The notes beneath the pieces were generated by a model. It searched no databases. It was given only the letters and a program-made list of their open reading frames with translations, and was not told the DNA's origin. Shown in pieces: positions 16,086 to 25,671 of a stretch of DNA of 64,000 nucleotides (positions within the stretch are counted from its first letter, which is position 1; every line of letters begins with the position of its first letter). The translations under genes were made by a program, and so were the position numbers. Source of the DNA: an uncultured delta proteobacterium (GTDB lineage: Bacteria > Myxococcota_A > Polyangia > Polyangiales > Polyangiaceae); the NCBI GenBank assembly GCA_963806225.1, contig CAWDXG010000004.1, forward strand, positions 1,248,001-1,312,000, read 5' to 3'.

Positions 16086-16101
16086 TGGCATGGGCTCTGC
16101 T
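16086..16101 (+). promoter_or_regulatory. Sigma54 -24/-12 promoter for the sqr operon
   Basis: TGGCATGGGCTCTGCT = GG-N10-GC, about 35 bp upstream of the sqr start and divergent from a sigma54 activator gene. Confidence 0.8.
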
Positions 16102-16135
16102 GTGTGTGGCGGTGACACCTCGAAGGAGGCACCCC

Positions 16136-17368
16136 GTGAAAAAGCTGCTCGTACTCGGCGGCGGTACCGCCGGCACCATGATGGTCAACAAGCTGGCCCG
16201 CCGCCTGTCGTCCGACACGTGGAAGATCACCGTCGTCGACAAGGACCCCATCCACTACTACCAGCCGGGCTTCCTGTTCATCCCGTTCGGCGTCTACACG
16301 CCCGACGAGGTCACGCGGCCCAAGTCGGAGTTCCTGCCGCTGGGCGTCGAGCTCGTGCAGAGCGGCATCGACGTCATCGAGCCCGACAAGAAGCGCGTGA
16401 AGCTCGCGACCGGGCAGTACCTCTCCTACGACATCCTGATCATCGCCACGGGCACGCAGGTGCGGCCCGACCAGATCGAGGGACTGACAGGCGAAGGCTG
16501 GCGGAAGAACATCTTCGACTTCTACACGCTGGAAGGCTCGACCGCGCTCGCCAAGGCCCTGCGCCACTGGGAAGGCGGACGCCTGGTACTGAACGTCGCC
16601 GAGATGCCGATCAAGTGCCCGGTCGCGCCGCTCGAGTTCCTGTTCCTGGCCGACTCGCACTTCCACGAGCTCGGCATCCGCGACAAGGTCGAGCTCGTCT
16701 ACGCGACCCCGCTCGACGGCGCATTCACCAAGCCGCGCGCCTCGGCACTCCTGGGCGAGCTGCTCGAGCGCAAGAACGTCCGCGTGGTGCCGAACTTCGA
16801 CCTGGGAGAGGTCGACGGCGCGAACAATCGCATCAAGAGCTACGACGGCAAGGAGCTCGACTACGACCTGTTCGTGTCCATCCCCACCAACATGGGCGAC
16901 GATGCGATGGAGCGTTCGGGCATGGGCGACGAGCTCAACTACGTGCCGACGCACAAGAACACGCTCAAGGCGCTCGACCACGAGGACATGTTCGTGATCG
17001 GCGATGCGACGAACCTGCCGGCTTCCAAGGCCGGCTCGGTAGCGCACTTCGAGGCCGAGGTGCTGACCGAGAACATCCTGCGCCAGATCGAGGGGCAGGA
17101 TCTCCTGCCCGCGTTCGACGGCCACGCGAACTGCTTCATCGAGTCGGGCTTCGGCAAGGGGCTGCTCATCGATTTCAACTACGAGACCGAGCCGCTGCCC
17201 GGCAAGTTCCCCCTGCCCGCCGTGGGGCCGTTCTCGCTGCTCGCCGAGAGCCGCATGAACCACTGGGGCAAGATGATGTTCCGCTGGGTGTACTTCAACC
17301 AGCTCATCCGCGGCGTCGAGCTGCCGCTCGAAGCGCAGATGCTGATGGCCGGGAAGCAGGCGGCGTGA
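16136..17368 (+). CDS. sqr: Sulfide:quinone oxidoreductase (type III-like flavoprotein)
   Basis: AGGAGG RBS; LVLGGGTAG FAD motif, YYQPGFLF, IKCPVAPLE, VIGDA, HANCFIESG. Confidence 0.88.
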   Translation: MKKLLVLGGGTAGTMMVNKLARRLSSDTWKITVVDKDPIHYYQPGFLFIPFGVYTPDEVTRPKSEFLPLGVELVQSGIDVIEPDKKRVKLATGQYLSYDILIIATGTQVRPDQIEGLTGEGWRKNIFDFYTLEGSTALAKALRHWEGGRLVLNVAEMPIKCPVAPLEFLFLADSHFHELGIRDKVELVYATPLDGAFTKPRASALLGELLERKNVRVVPNFDLGEVDGANNRIKSYDGKELDYDLFVSIPTNMGDDAMERSGMGDELNYVPTHKNTLKALDHEDMFVIGDATNLPASKAGSVAHFEAEVLTENILRQIEGQDLLPAFDGHANCFIESGFGKGLLIDFNYETEPLPGKFPLPAVGPFSLLAESRMNHWGKMMFRWVYFNQLIRGVELPLEAQMLMAGKQAA

Positions 17369-18102
17369 TGGCAAACACAATCCAGCTCCAGCCCTCCCCT
17401 GCCCCGCGCGAGCCGGACCTCGCGCGGGAGCTCGCGAGGATGAACGAACGGCTCGACACCCTGAACCAGCGCGTCGAACACCTCTACAGGAAGGCGCTCG
17501 CCGCCGAGGAGCTCAAGGACGAGCTCGTCCCCGTGCTCAAGGACGCCATGGCGGCCATGAGCGACAAGCTCGGCGAGATGGAAACCGAGTTCAACTCCGA
17601 ACAGGTCCTCCACCTCTTGCGCAAGGTCCTCCGGAGCACCCCCAGATTCATCCGGGCACTGGAACAGCTCGAGAATCTGGAAAGCCTCGTGGACGAGCTT
17701 TCGCCGCTCGGCCGCGACATCGTCCGCAGCACGGTCGAGACGCTGCAGCACGCCGAGGACCGCGGTTGGTTCCGCATGTCCCAGGGCGCGATGGAACTGT
17801 TCGACCGCATCGCTGCAGGGACGACGCAGGAGGACCTGGACCGGCTGGGCGACAACATGATGCTGATCGTGAACACCGTGAAGCGCATGACCCAACCCCA
17901 GATGCTCGCGGTCGCGAACAATGCGCTCGGCGCGTTGGATGCAGAGCACGAAGCGCCGCCGAAGGTGAGCTTGTGGCGGCTGATGCGTTCGATGCGCGAC
18001 CCCGAAGTCCAGAGCGGGCTCGCCGTGATGCTGGAGCTCACGCGCCAGATCGCCCGCCGCCCCCAGATTCCGCCGAACGGCGACCAGAGGAAGGAGTTGT
18101 GA
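17368..18102 (+). CDS. DUF1641-like helical protein
   Basis: TGATG coupling to sqr; C-terminal KVSLWRLMRSMRDPEVQSGL signature. Confidence 0.8.
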   Translation: MANTIQLQPSPAPREPDLARELARMNERLDTLNQRVEHLYRKALAAEELKDELVPVLKDAMAAMSDKLGEMETEFNSEQVLHLLRKVLRSTPRFIRALEQLENLESLVDELSPLGRDIVRSTVETLQHAEDRGWFRMSQGAMELFDRIAAGTTQEDLDRLGDNMMLIVNTVKRMTQPQMLAVANNALGALDAEHEAPPKVSLWRLMRSMRDPEVQSGLAVMLELTRQIARRPQIPPNGDQRKEL

Positions 18103-18103
18103 G

Positions 18104-18418
18104 ATGACCGAGATCCAGATTTCCGGAAGGAACATCGCGGTGAACGCGGAGGGGTTCCTCGAGAGCCCGAACGACTGGTCTCCGGAGGTTGCCGAGTACC
18201 TGGCAAGTGCCGCCGGAATCCAGCTCACCGAGCAGCACTGGGACGTGATCCGCTTCTGCCGCAAGGACTACGAAGCGACCGGCAAGTCGCCGGGCGTTCG
18301 ACGCATCACGAAGATCGGCGGCGTGCCGACCAAAGCCATGTACGCGCTGTTCCCGGGCGGGCCGGGCAAGCTCAGCGCCAAGCTTGCCGGGCTCAGCAAG
18401 CCGGTGGGTTGCGTCTGA
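18104..18418 (+). CDS. TusE/DsrC-family sulfur relay protein (single C-terminal Cys)
   Basis: EGFL..DWSPEVA..LTEQHWDVI..LFPGGPGK..AGLSKPVGCV. Confidence 0.9.
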   Translation: MTEIQISGRNIAVNAEGFLESPNDWSPEVAEYLASAAGIQLTEQHWDVIRFCRKDYEATGKSPGVRRITKIGGVPTKAMYALFPGGPGKLSAKLAGLSKPVGCV

Positions 18419-18438
18419 AAACGAAAGGACGACGAGAA

Positions 18439-18966
18439 ATGACCGCAACAGCACCCGTAGGAAACGTCGCAGCAGCGCCGGGGTTCATGCCGAGCGCGGA
18501 GCCCGAGCCCATCAAGAAGGTGTCGATCATCTGCTCCAAGGGTAGCCTCGACATGGCGTATCCGGGCCTGATCCTCGCCAACGCGGCGCGCATGTCGGGC
18601 ATCGAGGCCGTGTTGTTCTTCACCTTCTGGGGGCTCGACATCGTCACCGAGAAGAAGATCGATCACCTGCACGTGAGCCCGGTCGGCAATCCGAGCATGC
18701 CGATGCCGACGATGCTCGGCGGCCTACCCGGGATGGAGTCGATGGCCACGCACATGATGAAGAAGACCATCGACAAGCTCGACATCCCGCCGGTGCGCGA
18801 GATGATCGAAACGCTCGGCGACGCGGGCGCGGAGATGTACGCTTGCCGGCTCGCGGCGGACATGATGGGCCTGACGAAGGACGACTTCATGCCGCAGGTG
18901 CAGGACATCATCAGCGCCATGGACTTCTTCGACCACTCGAAGGGAGCCAACATCATCTTCATCTGA
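18439..18966 (+). CDS. DsrE2-like (DsrE/DsrF/DrsH family) sulfur carrier
   Basis: SKGSLDMAYPGLILA, LFFTFWGL, YACRLAADMMG motifs. Confidence 0.88.
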   Translation: MTATAPVGNVAAAPGFMPSAEPEPIKKVSIICSKGSLDMAYPGLILANAARMSGIEAVLFFTFWGLDIVTEKKIDHLHVSPVGNPSMPMPTMLGGLPGMESMATHMMKKTIDKLDIPPVREMIETLGDAGAEMYACRLAADMMGLTKDDFMPQVQDIISAMDFFDHSKGANIIFI

Positions 18967-18994
18967 GCCCTGATCCCCGCTTCCCCCTCCCGAA

Positions 18995-19025
18995 GGCGCC
19001 CCGGAGCCGCTCGCTCCGGGGCGCC
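18995..19025 (+). terminator. 13-bp stem hairpin after the sulfur operon (no U tract)
   Basis: GGCGCCCCGGAGC-cgctc-GCTCCGGGGCGCC. Confidence 0.55.
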
Positions 19026-19098
19026 GCTCCATGGAGTTCCAGCCTCGAGGCGTTGCCTGGAGCGACGCACCGGGGGAGACTTCCGGCGGGCTCCGGGA

Positions 19099-20949
19099 AT
19101 GCCGACCGCGCTGCTGATCGTCTCGTTGCTGGTCCAGCTCGCTGCCGCGTGGCAGGCGCTGCGCCTGGTCCGCATCACTGGGCGTCGCAGCGCCTGGGTG
19201 CTGATCGCGACAGCCGTCCTGCTGATGGCCATGCGGCGCTTCGTCACGCTCGTGGATGTCACCACCAGGCACGAGAAGCTCGATCCACTCGCGGAGCTGA
19301 TCGCACTGGGCATCTCGCTGCTGATGCTGGGCGGCATCTCGCTCATCGCGCCGCTGTTCCGATCGATCGAGAGCTCGCGACGCGAGCTGGCCGAGAGCGA
19401 GGAACGCTACGTGGCGCTGATTCGCGACTCGCCGGACGCCATCGTCGCCGTGGCAGAGGACGGCACCATCGAGAACTTCAACCCGGAAGCCACTCGAATC
19501 ACGGGGCTGGAGCTGGAGCAGGTCCAGGGCCGAACGCTGTCGCAAGCCGGGTTCCTCGCCAGCTATGAGCTCGAGCGTCTGGAGGCCGAGCTCGAGCGGG
19601 CGCACTCGACACGCCGCGCCGGTCCGGTCGAGCTGGAGGTCCTGCACCACGCGGGCGGCTCCGTACCGGTCGAAGCGAACCTGCAGCGCGTCGAAGGCCG
19701 GCACCGGCGGGTCAAGATCGTCCTGCGCGACATCAGCGCGAGGCGAAAAGCCGAGAAAGAGGCCGCGGCGCTGGAGCTCCAGCTGCAGGACGCGCGACGG
19801 CTCGAGGCGCTTGGACGGCTCGCCGGCGGTGTCGCGCACGACTTCAACAACCTGCTCACGGTCATCATCGGAACCTGCGAGCTCGTGCTGGGCAATGACC
19901 GGCTGCCCAACGCGATGCGGGCAGATCTGGAGGCGGCATGCGAGGCCGCAAAGCGCGCCGCCAACCTCACCAGACAGCTGCTTGCATTCAGCCGCCGCCA
20001 GGTGCTCCAGGCCGAGCAGGTCGATCTGAACGACGCCGTGAACGGGCTCCGGGACCTGCTTTCAAGGGTCATCGGCGAGCACATCCAGTTCGAGATCGAA
20101 TGCTCGGCCGAACATGGGTCGGTCTGGGTCGACCCTGCGCAGCTGGATCAGGTCGTGCTGAACCTGGTGACCAACGCACGTGATGCGATGCCCGAAGGAG
20201 GCTTTCTCGGCGTCAGAACCGACAACGTCGAGCTCGACGCCGAGACGGCGCAGAGCCGCGGGCTCCGGCAGGGTCGCTATGTCGCTCTCTCGGTCATCGA
20301 CAGCGGCCGGGGCATGGACGCCGAGACGCGCCGTCGCCTCTTCGAGCCGTTCTTCACCACCAAGAGCCTGGGCAAGGGAGCCGGGCTAGGCCTCGCCACC
20401 GTCTACGGGATCGTCAAGCAGAGCGCTGGCGACGTCGAGGTGGAGAGCGCGCCTGACCGGGGCACCACGCTGCGCGTGCTGCTTCCGTGGTGCGCGGGCG
20501 AAGAGAAGCCCGAGGAGCCGGCAGCAGCTGTCGAGAAGGCTTCCTCCGGGAACCCGGGCGTTGTGCTGCTGGTGGAAGACGAGCCTGCGGTCAGGGATGT
20601 GCTTCGACGTGGGTTGCTCTCGGCCGGGTTCCAGGTGCTCGTCGCGGGCAACGCCGACCAGGCGCTCCGGCAGTGCCGCAGCGCCGATGGAGAGATCGAC
20701 GCGATGGTCTCCGACGTCGTCATGCCGGGCCGGAGCGGACCGGAGCTGGCCCGGGAGGTGGGCGAACAATTCCCGCGAATCCGCATCCTGCTCATGTCGG
20801 GGCACGCGGCAGAGGTGCTGGCAAAGCACGAAGCCCCACCGTCTGCCACCATCCTGCAGAAGCCGTTCTCAGGGCGCCAGCTCGCCGACCGGCTTCGCGA
20901 GATGCTGCGGGACACGCCGCGCAAACCCCGGTCGCAGCCAGAACCCTGA
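19099..20949 (+). CDS. Hybrid sensor histidine kinase (3 TM, PAS, HisKA, HATPase, receiver)
   Basis: [46 protein letters not shown]. Confidence 0.92.
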   Translation: MPTALLIVSLLVQLAAAWQALRLVRITGRRSAWVLIATAVLLMAMRRFVTLVDVTTRHEKLDPLAELIALGISLLMLGGISLIAPLFRSIESSRRELAESEERYVALIRDSPDAIVAVAEDGTIENFNPEATRITGLELEQVQGRTLSQAGFLASYELERLEAELERAHSTRRAGPVELEVLHHAGGSVPVEANLQRVEGRHRRVKIVLRDISARRKAEKEAAALELQLQDARRLEALGRLAGGVAHDFNNLLTVIIGTCELVLGNDRLPNAMRADLEAACEAAKRAANLTRQLLAFSRRQVLQAEQVDLNDAVNGLRDLLSRVIGEHIQFEIECSAEHGSVWVDPAQLDQVVLNLVTNARDAMPEGGFLGVRTDNVELDAETAQSRGLRQGRYVALSVIDSGRGMDAETRRRLFEPFFTTKSLGKGAGLGLATVYGIVKQSAGDVEVESAPDRGTTLRVLLPWCAGEEKPEEPAAAVEKASSGNPGVVLLVEDEPAVRDVLRRGLLSAGFQVLVAGNADQALRQCRSADGEIDAMVSDVVMPGRSGPELAREVGEQFPRIRILLMSGHAAEVLAKHEAPPSATILQKPFSGRQLADRLREMLRDTPRKPRSQPEP

Positions 20950-20950
20950 G

Positions 20951-21484
20951 CTAGTTGTAGCTGATGCCGAGCGTGAACAGGCTGGAAGCGTTCATCTTCC
21001 AGCCCGTGGTGACGAAGACGTAGTAGTCCTTGTTCGCTTCCACGGCGGCGTTGCCCTTGCCCTTTTCCCAGCATCCGATCTCGCTGAACGGATCGTCGCA
21101 GGCCTTCCAGATGTAAACCGCGGGGCCGAAGCTCGTGCTCTGGGCCTCCAGGGTCACGACGCCCGGCTTCGGAGCGACGAAGTGGTAGATCGCCGTCTGC
21201 TTGTCGTTCTGGTCGGACACGCAGCTCCCCGCGCCGATGGCGGGGTACGTGTACAGATCCCCGTGCGCGCTGGCAGACAGCGGCGAGCCGCTGAGCTCCA
21301 GAAGAGCGCCCGGGCACGCGGCCGCCGAGCTTGTGCCGCCTGCGCCGCCATTGCCCGCGCTCCCTCCGGCACCTCCCGCGGCGCCCTTGGCGGACACGAC
21401 CGTGGAGCTGGAGCATCCGGCGAGGATACCGGCTACCGCCAGCGGAAACAGAGCGAAGACAAACCTATCCCTGGTGCGAGCCAC
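20951..21484 (-). CDS. Hypothetical lipoprotein
   Basis: Lipobox LAGC, Gly-rich linker, small beta-rich domain. Confidence 0.7.
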   Translation of the reverse strand: MARTRDRFVFALFPLAVAGILAGCSSSTVVSAKGAAGGAGGSAGNGGAGGTSSAAACPGALLELSGSPLSASAHGDLYTYPAIGAGSCVSDQNDKQTAIYHFVAPKPGVVTLEAQSTSFGPAVYIWKACDDPFSEIGCWEKGKGNAAVEANKDYYVFVTTGWKMNASSLFTLGISYN

Positions 21485-21553
21485 GGGGCTACTATCGCAC
21501 GGCGCCGATCGATAGTGCCACGGTGATCCGCTCCGTCCTGGCCCGACGCCGGA

Positions 21554-22561
21554 CTACTGGCACTGGCCGGCGACGCAGTTCTGACCCGAGTCGCAGGCGT
21601 ACCCGCAGCCGCCGCAGTTCTGCGCGTCGGTCTGCAGGTCCTTGCAGCCGCCGGGCGACTGGCAGCACGTCTCGCCGCTCTGGCAGGCGGCTTTGCCGTC
21701 GCAGGAGCAGATGTCGTTGCCTTTGTCCTTGATGCAGGCCTCGCCTGCCTGGCAGGCCGTGCCGCCGCAGGAGCACAGGCCCGTGCCCGTATCGCACGTC
21801 CCGTTGACGCCTCCGCCCTGGTCGCACTGGGCGGTGTCGGTGCAACCGCAGACGCCGGCGTTGCACGAGAAGCCGTTGCCCGCACCCTGCGCATTGCAGT
21901 CGTTCGAGCAACTGCCGCAGTTGCTGTTGTCCGTCGCGAGATTTGTCTCGCAGCCGTCGTCCGGACCGGACTTCGGTTGCGAGCAGTCGCCGTAGCCTGC
22001 ATCGCACACGTGGTCACAGGCGCCCGCGTTGCAGGTCGCCGACGAGGAGTGCTGGCTGCCGCAGGCGCGACCACAAGCGCCGCAGTCCGTCGTGGTGTCG
22101 AGCTTCTGCTCGCAGCCATCGGTGAGATCGGCGTTGCAGTCACCGTAGCCCGCATCGCAGGTGAGCAGCGCGCACGCGCCCTGGTAGCACTGCGACGTCG
22201 CGTTGGCGATGCTGCACGGCGCACACCCCGTCGCTCCGCAACCGTACTTCGGGTCGTTCTGCGAGACGCAGCCGCCGTTGCACATCTTCTGGTTGTTGGG
22301 GCAGCCCGGCGTCCCACCGCTACCCCCCGTCGCGCCCGTTCCCCCCGTCGCGCCCGTTCCCCCCGTCGCGCCGGTCCCCCCGATCGCGCCCAGGCCTCCG
22401 GTGCCGCTGCCGGCGCTGCCGCCCAGGCCTCCGGTCCCGGCGGTGCCGCCGGTCCCGGCATCCCGGTTCTGGTAGTCGAAAGCGCCGTAGTCGTGCGTGC
22501 AGCCCGCGACCAGAAGCGAACCCCCAAACAGAACCACCCCTGCGAGACGAGCCAGCGACAT
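21554..22561 (-). CDS. Cys-rich repeat lipoprotein
   Basis: Lipobox VAGC, TGGTGA linker, repeated DC..DGCE..L...CGxCGxxC units. Confidence 0.85.
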   Translation of the reverse strand: MSLARLAGVVLFGGSLLVAGCTHDYGAFDYQNRDAGTGGTAGTGGLGGSAGSGTGGLGAIGGTGATGGTGATGGTGATGGSGGTPGCPNNQKMCNGGCVSQNDPKYGCGATGCAPCSIANATSQCYQGACALLTCDAGYGDCNADLTDGCEQKLDTTTDCGACGRACGSQHSSSATCNAGACDHVCDAGYGDCSQPKSGPDDGCETNLATDNSNCGSCSNDCNAQGAGNGFSCNAGVCGCTDTAQCDQGGGVNGTCDTGTGLCSCGGTACQAGEACIKDKGNDICSCDGKAACQSGETCCQSPGGCKDLQTDAQNCGGCGYACDSGQNCVAGQCQ

Positions 22562-22647
22562 TATGCGTCACTATACACTGGCCGGCAGGAGGGAGGAAAC
22601 ACCCACGGGGACAGCGCCCGCACATCGGCCATGCTACGCACGGCGCT

Positions 22648-23997
22648 GTGGGAGCCGCCGACGACCCGGGCGAGGACGAAACGCTGGAAATCGAGCGAGC
22701 GTTGACACTCGCCGACCCGGATGCGCGACGCCGCGCGGTCAAGCAGCTCCAGCGTTCGGCGTCCCTCGCCCGGGTCGCGCTGTCCACCAACGACATGGAA
22801 CTCGCCAGGCTTGCCCTGCGCAGGCTGGACGAGCCGCAGGCGTTGGGGGAAGTCGCGCGGCGGGCTTCCGCGCGGCCTATCGCACAGCTTGCCGTCGCCC
22901 GGCTGCGCGACGACGCGGCGCTGTTCGAGGTCGCACGCGAGGCGCACGACCAGGTGGTCGCCAAGACCGCCGCCAAGAAGATCGCCGACGAGGTGCTCCT
23001 GGCGGAGCTCGCCCGCTCCTCGTCGCACGCGCTGGTGAGGGAGACGGCCGTGAAGCGCCTGAGCGACCGGCGTCTCGTGTCCGACGTGCTGCAGGAGAGC
23101 GACAACGCCGAGGTGAGGCGGCGCGCGGTGGACAAGACCGACGACCAGGACGAGCTCGCCGAGCTGGCCTGTCGCGATCCCGATCCCGAAGTGCGCCGGC
23201 TGGCGCTCGCCCGATTGGTGCGTGAGCGGCCGATCGCTCGCGTAGCGCGCGAGAGCGCGTTCAGCGACACGCGGCGCGAGGCGACACTGCGCGTACGCAA
23301 CGGGACGGTGCGCGCCGAGATAGCGCTCCACGATGCGGATCGGGATGTGCAGAAGGCCGCTCTCTCGCGACTTGGCAACGTTCGGCTGCTCGAAGAGGTC
23401 GCTCGCGAAGCCGAGTCGGGCGAAGCCAGGGCGCTGGCCGTGAGGCGGCTCCGCGAGCTGTCGGCCGGCCCGCCGCGCGGCAAGAAGCGCGGCCGCCGCG
23501 ACCGCACGAAACCGGCCGACACGACCTGGATCCCGGAGCTCGCGCAGTCGGACGAATCCTGGCAGGTGCGCCGCGAAGCGCTGGCCCAGGTGAAGGACCA
23601 GCCGTCGCTGGTGCGTCTATCGCGTGAGGATGCCGCCTGGCAGGTGCGCGAAGCCGCGGTGCGCCGCGTGCGCGACCAGGCAACCCTCAGGAACCGGGCA
23701 CAGTGGGACAAGGCCTGGCAGGTGAGACGCACGGCGGTGGACCGCGTCCGGAGCCAGGAGCTCATCGCCCATCGCGCGCGCGACGACGAGGCCTGGCAGG
23801 TGCGGCTCGCCGCGGTGCGACGCACGCGGGACAGCGCCGTACTCGCGAACCGCGCGCTCTACGACGACTCGCTCGAGGTGCGCCGGGCGGCTGTGGCGCG
23901 CCTGGACGACCCGGTGTTGCTGCGGCAGCTTTCGCGCGACGCCGACGAGGACGCGCTCCGCGAAGCGGCGGAGCAGCGCCTCGCCGAGCTCGGCTAG
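22648..23997 (+). CDS. HEAT/LRV-like alpha-solenoid repeat protein
   Basis: About 26-aa repeats WQVRxAAVxRxxDxxxLxxxAxxD over most of the length. Confidence 0.8.
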   Translation: MGAADDPGEDETLEIERALTLADPDARRRAVKQLQRSASLARVALSTNDMELARLALRRLDEPQALGEVARRASARPIAQLAVARLRDDAALFEVAREAHDQVVAKTAAKKIADEVLLAELARSSSHALVRETAVKRLSDRRLVSDVLQESDNAEVRRRAVDKTDDQDELAELACRDPDPEVRRLALARLVRERPIARVARESAFSDTRREATLRVRNGTVRAEIALHDADRDVQKAALSRLGNVRLLEEVAREAESGEARALAVRRLRELSAGPPRGKKRGRRDRTKPADTTWIPELAQSDESWQVRREALAQVKDQPSLVRLSREDAAWQVREAAVRRVRDQATLRNRAQWDKAWQVRRTAVDRVRSQELIAHRARDDEAWQVRLAAVRRTRDSAVLANRALYDDSLEVRRAAVARLDDPVLLRQLSRDADEDALREAAEQRLAELG

Positions 23998-24278
23998 CCC
24001 GGTATCGCGTCGGCTTCGACGTACTTCGCCAGGAGCTCTCCCTCCTGTATCAGGCGGTACTTGGTACCGTCCAAGCTGATCTCCTCGCCGGAGTACTTCT
24101 TGTAGACGACGCGATCGCCGATCGCGATCTCGTCGGAGGAGCCGCTCGATTTCGCCTCGACGTAGCCCTCGGCGGGCTGCTCGCGGGCGGAGTCGGGGAC
24201 GTACAGGCCCCCCTTCGTCTTCTCCTCGGCCTCGACCAGCCGGAGCAGGACGTGTCCGTTCAGCGGTTGCAGGTTCAT
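23994..24278 (-). CDS. groES: Co-chaperonin GroES homolog (orphan)
   Basis: LQPLNGHVL, EEKTKGGLYVPDSAREQP, IGDRVVYKKYSGEEI. Confidence 0.88.
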   Translation of the reverse strand: MNLQPLNGHVLLRLVEAEEKTKGGLYVPDSAREQPAEGYVEAKSSGSSDEIAIGDRVVYKKYSGEEISLDGTKYRLIQEGELLAKYVEADAIPG

Positions 24279-24311
24279 CTCTTCGTCTTTCCTTTCCGGA
24301 TCATCCGGGGT

Positions 24312-24908
24312 TCAGTTCTTGCCGAGTCCCAGCAGCGAATCGATCCGTCCCTTGTCGAATCCGACAATCATGCGGCCGTCGATGTCGACCTGGGGTACGC
24401 CCTGCTGCCCGCTCCGCCGCACCATCTCGCGGGCCGCGGATTCGTTGTGCGACACGTTCACCTCGCGGAAGGCCACGTGATTCTGGCGCAGGTAGGACTT
24501 CACGCGCGTACACCAGGGGCAGGTGTCGGTCACGTACACCCGCACGTTGTGCTGGCGCTTGGCTGCTGCAGCACTGCGCGTCGGGGCCGCGCTGGACGAG
24601 AGTGCGCTGGCGTAGCCTTCCGTCGAGTGCGGCCCGGCAATCTTCGAGAGCACGGCGTCACCCTTGACGCGCAGCACGGTCGGCACGGACGAGACACCGA
24701 AGCGCTGGTGCAGCCCGCGCACCACGCCCACGTCGACCAGGAAGATCGGGCGCTCGCCCTGCTCGCGACAGAACGCCTCGAAGGCCGGCAGGGCCTTCTG
24801 CGACGCTTCGGAAAACTCGCCGAAGAAGCCCACGATGGTCTCCTCTTCCGGCGACAGCGCCGACAGGAGCTCTTTCTCGTTCGTGATCTTCAAAAGGGAC
24901 ATATCCAT
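24312..24908 (-). CDS. Thioredoxin-like plus glutaredoxin (CPWC) fusion
   Basis: N-domain with FGVSSVPT but FSEAS at the CxxC position; C-domain TCPWC, GQQGVPQ, IVGFD. Confidence 0.85.
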   Translation of the reverse strand: MDMSLLKITNEKELLSALSPEEETIVGFFGEFSEASQKALPAFEAFCREQGERPIFLVDVGVVRGLHQRFGVSSVPTVLRVKGDAVLSKIAGPHSTEGYASALSSSAAPTRSAAAAKRQHNVRVYVTDTCPWCTRVKSYLRQNHVAFREVNVSHNESAAREMVRRSGQQGVPQVDIDGRMIVGFDKGRIDSLLGLGKN

Positions 24909-24919
24909 CGACTCCCGGG

Positions 24920-25573
24920 TCAGTGGGTTGGGGCGAGCGCTCCGTCGTGCGCGCTCCACTCGTGAACACCTTCTTCGAGCCGACGCACGCGGTAGCCGTG
25001 CTCGGCGAGCAGCGCGACCGCGCGGTCGGCGAGATCGCAGTAGGGACTGCGGCAGTAGGCGACCACCAGCTTGCGGCGCGGCAGCTCGCCGAGGCGCCCC
25101 GACAGCTCGTCGAGCGGTATCGAGCACGCTCGCTCCAGGTGGCCGGCCGCGTATTCCTCGGCGGGGCGCACGTCGACCAGCGTCACGCGGCCGCGCGCGA
25201 GCAGGCTCTCCAGCTCCGCGGGGGTGACGGTGCCGGCGTTCCGGCGCCGCGCGGCCAGTTGCGAGACCGCATCGCGCAGCTCGGGGGAGCGCGACTCGGC
25301 AAACGTGCGCAGCGCCGACCAGAAGCCGGCCACGGATGGGTCGGCGAGCGAGTAGACAACGTGGCGCCCCTCGCGGCGACGGGAGAGCAGCCCGGCTGCG
25401 GTCAACTTCTGCAGGTGGTGCGAGGTGATCTGCAGGGTCTGCCCGGCGTGTTCGGCCAGCTTCTCCACGCTGCGCTCGCCCTGGGCGAGCAGCTCGAGCA
25501 GCACCAGCCGCTCGGGGCTGGCCAGCGCCTTCGTCACGCTGGCGAGCTGTTCGTAGAGGGGTCGGGTTGGCAT
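24920..25573 (-). CDS. ArsR/SmtB regulator fused to rhodanese
   Basis: KALASPERL..SHHLQKL..GL HTH; DVRPAEEYAAGHL, VAYCRSPYC. Confidence 0.9.
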   Translation of the reverse strand: MPTRPLYEQLASVTKALASPERLVLLELLAQGERSVEKLAEHAGQTLQITSHHLQKLTAAGLLSRRREGRHVVYSLADPSVAGFWSALRTFAESRSPELRDAVSQLAARRRNAGTVTPAELESLLARGRVTLVDVRPAEEYAAGHLERACSIPLDELSGRLGELPRRKLVVAYCRSPYCDLADRAVALLAEHGYRVRRLEEGVHEWSAHDGALAPTH

Positions 25574-25578
25574 CCTAT

Positions 25579-25611
25579 ATTCTTATTATAGTCCGAATGT
25601 CAGATTGGCAA
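25579..25611 (-). promoter_or_regulatory. Putative promoter and operator of the ArsR-rhodanese operon
   Basis: Perfect TATAAT on the minus strand at 25585-25590 inside an ATTC-N12-GAAT inverted repeat, 11 bp before the ATG. Confidence 0.55.
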
Positions 25612-25671
25612 GCCCCGGAGCTGCGGCACGCCCGGGCGCGACTGTTGCGGCATGTTCGGAGCTAGCGGACA

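Noticed and set aside
18104..18418. Evidence for dissimilatory sulfite reduction (DsrC)
   Set aside because: The second conserved Cys is absent and dsrAB are not in the window
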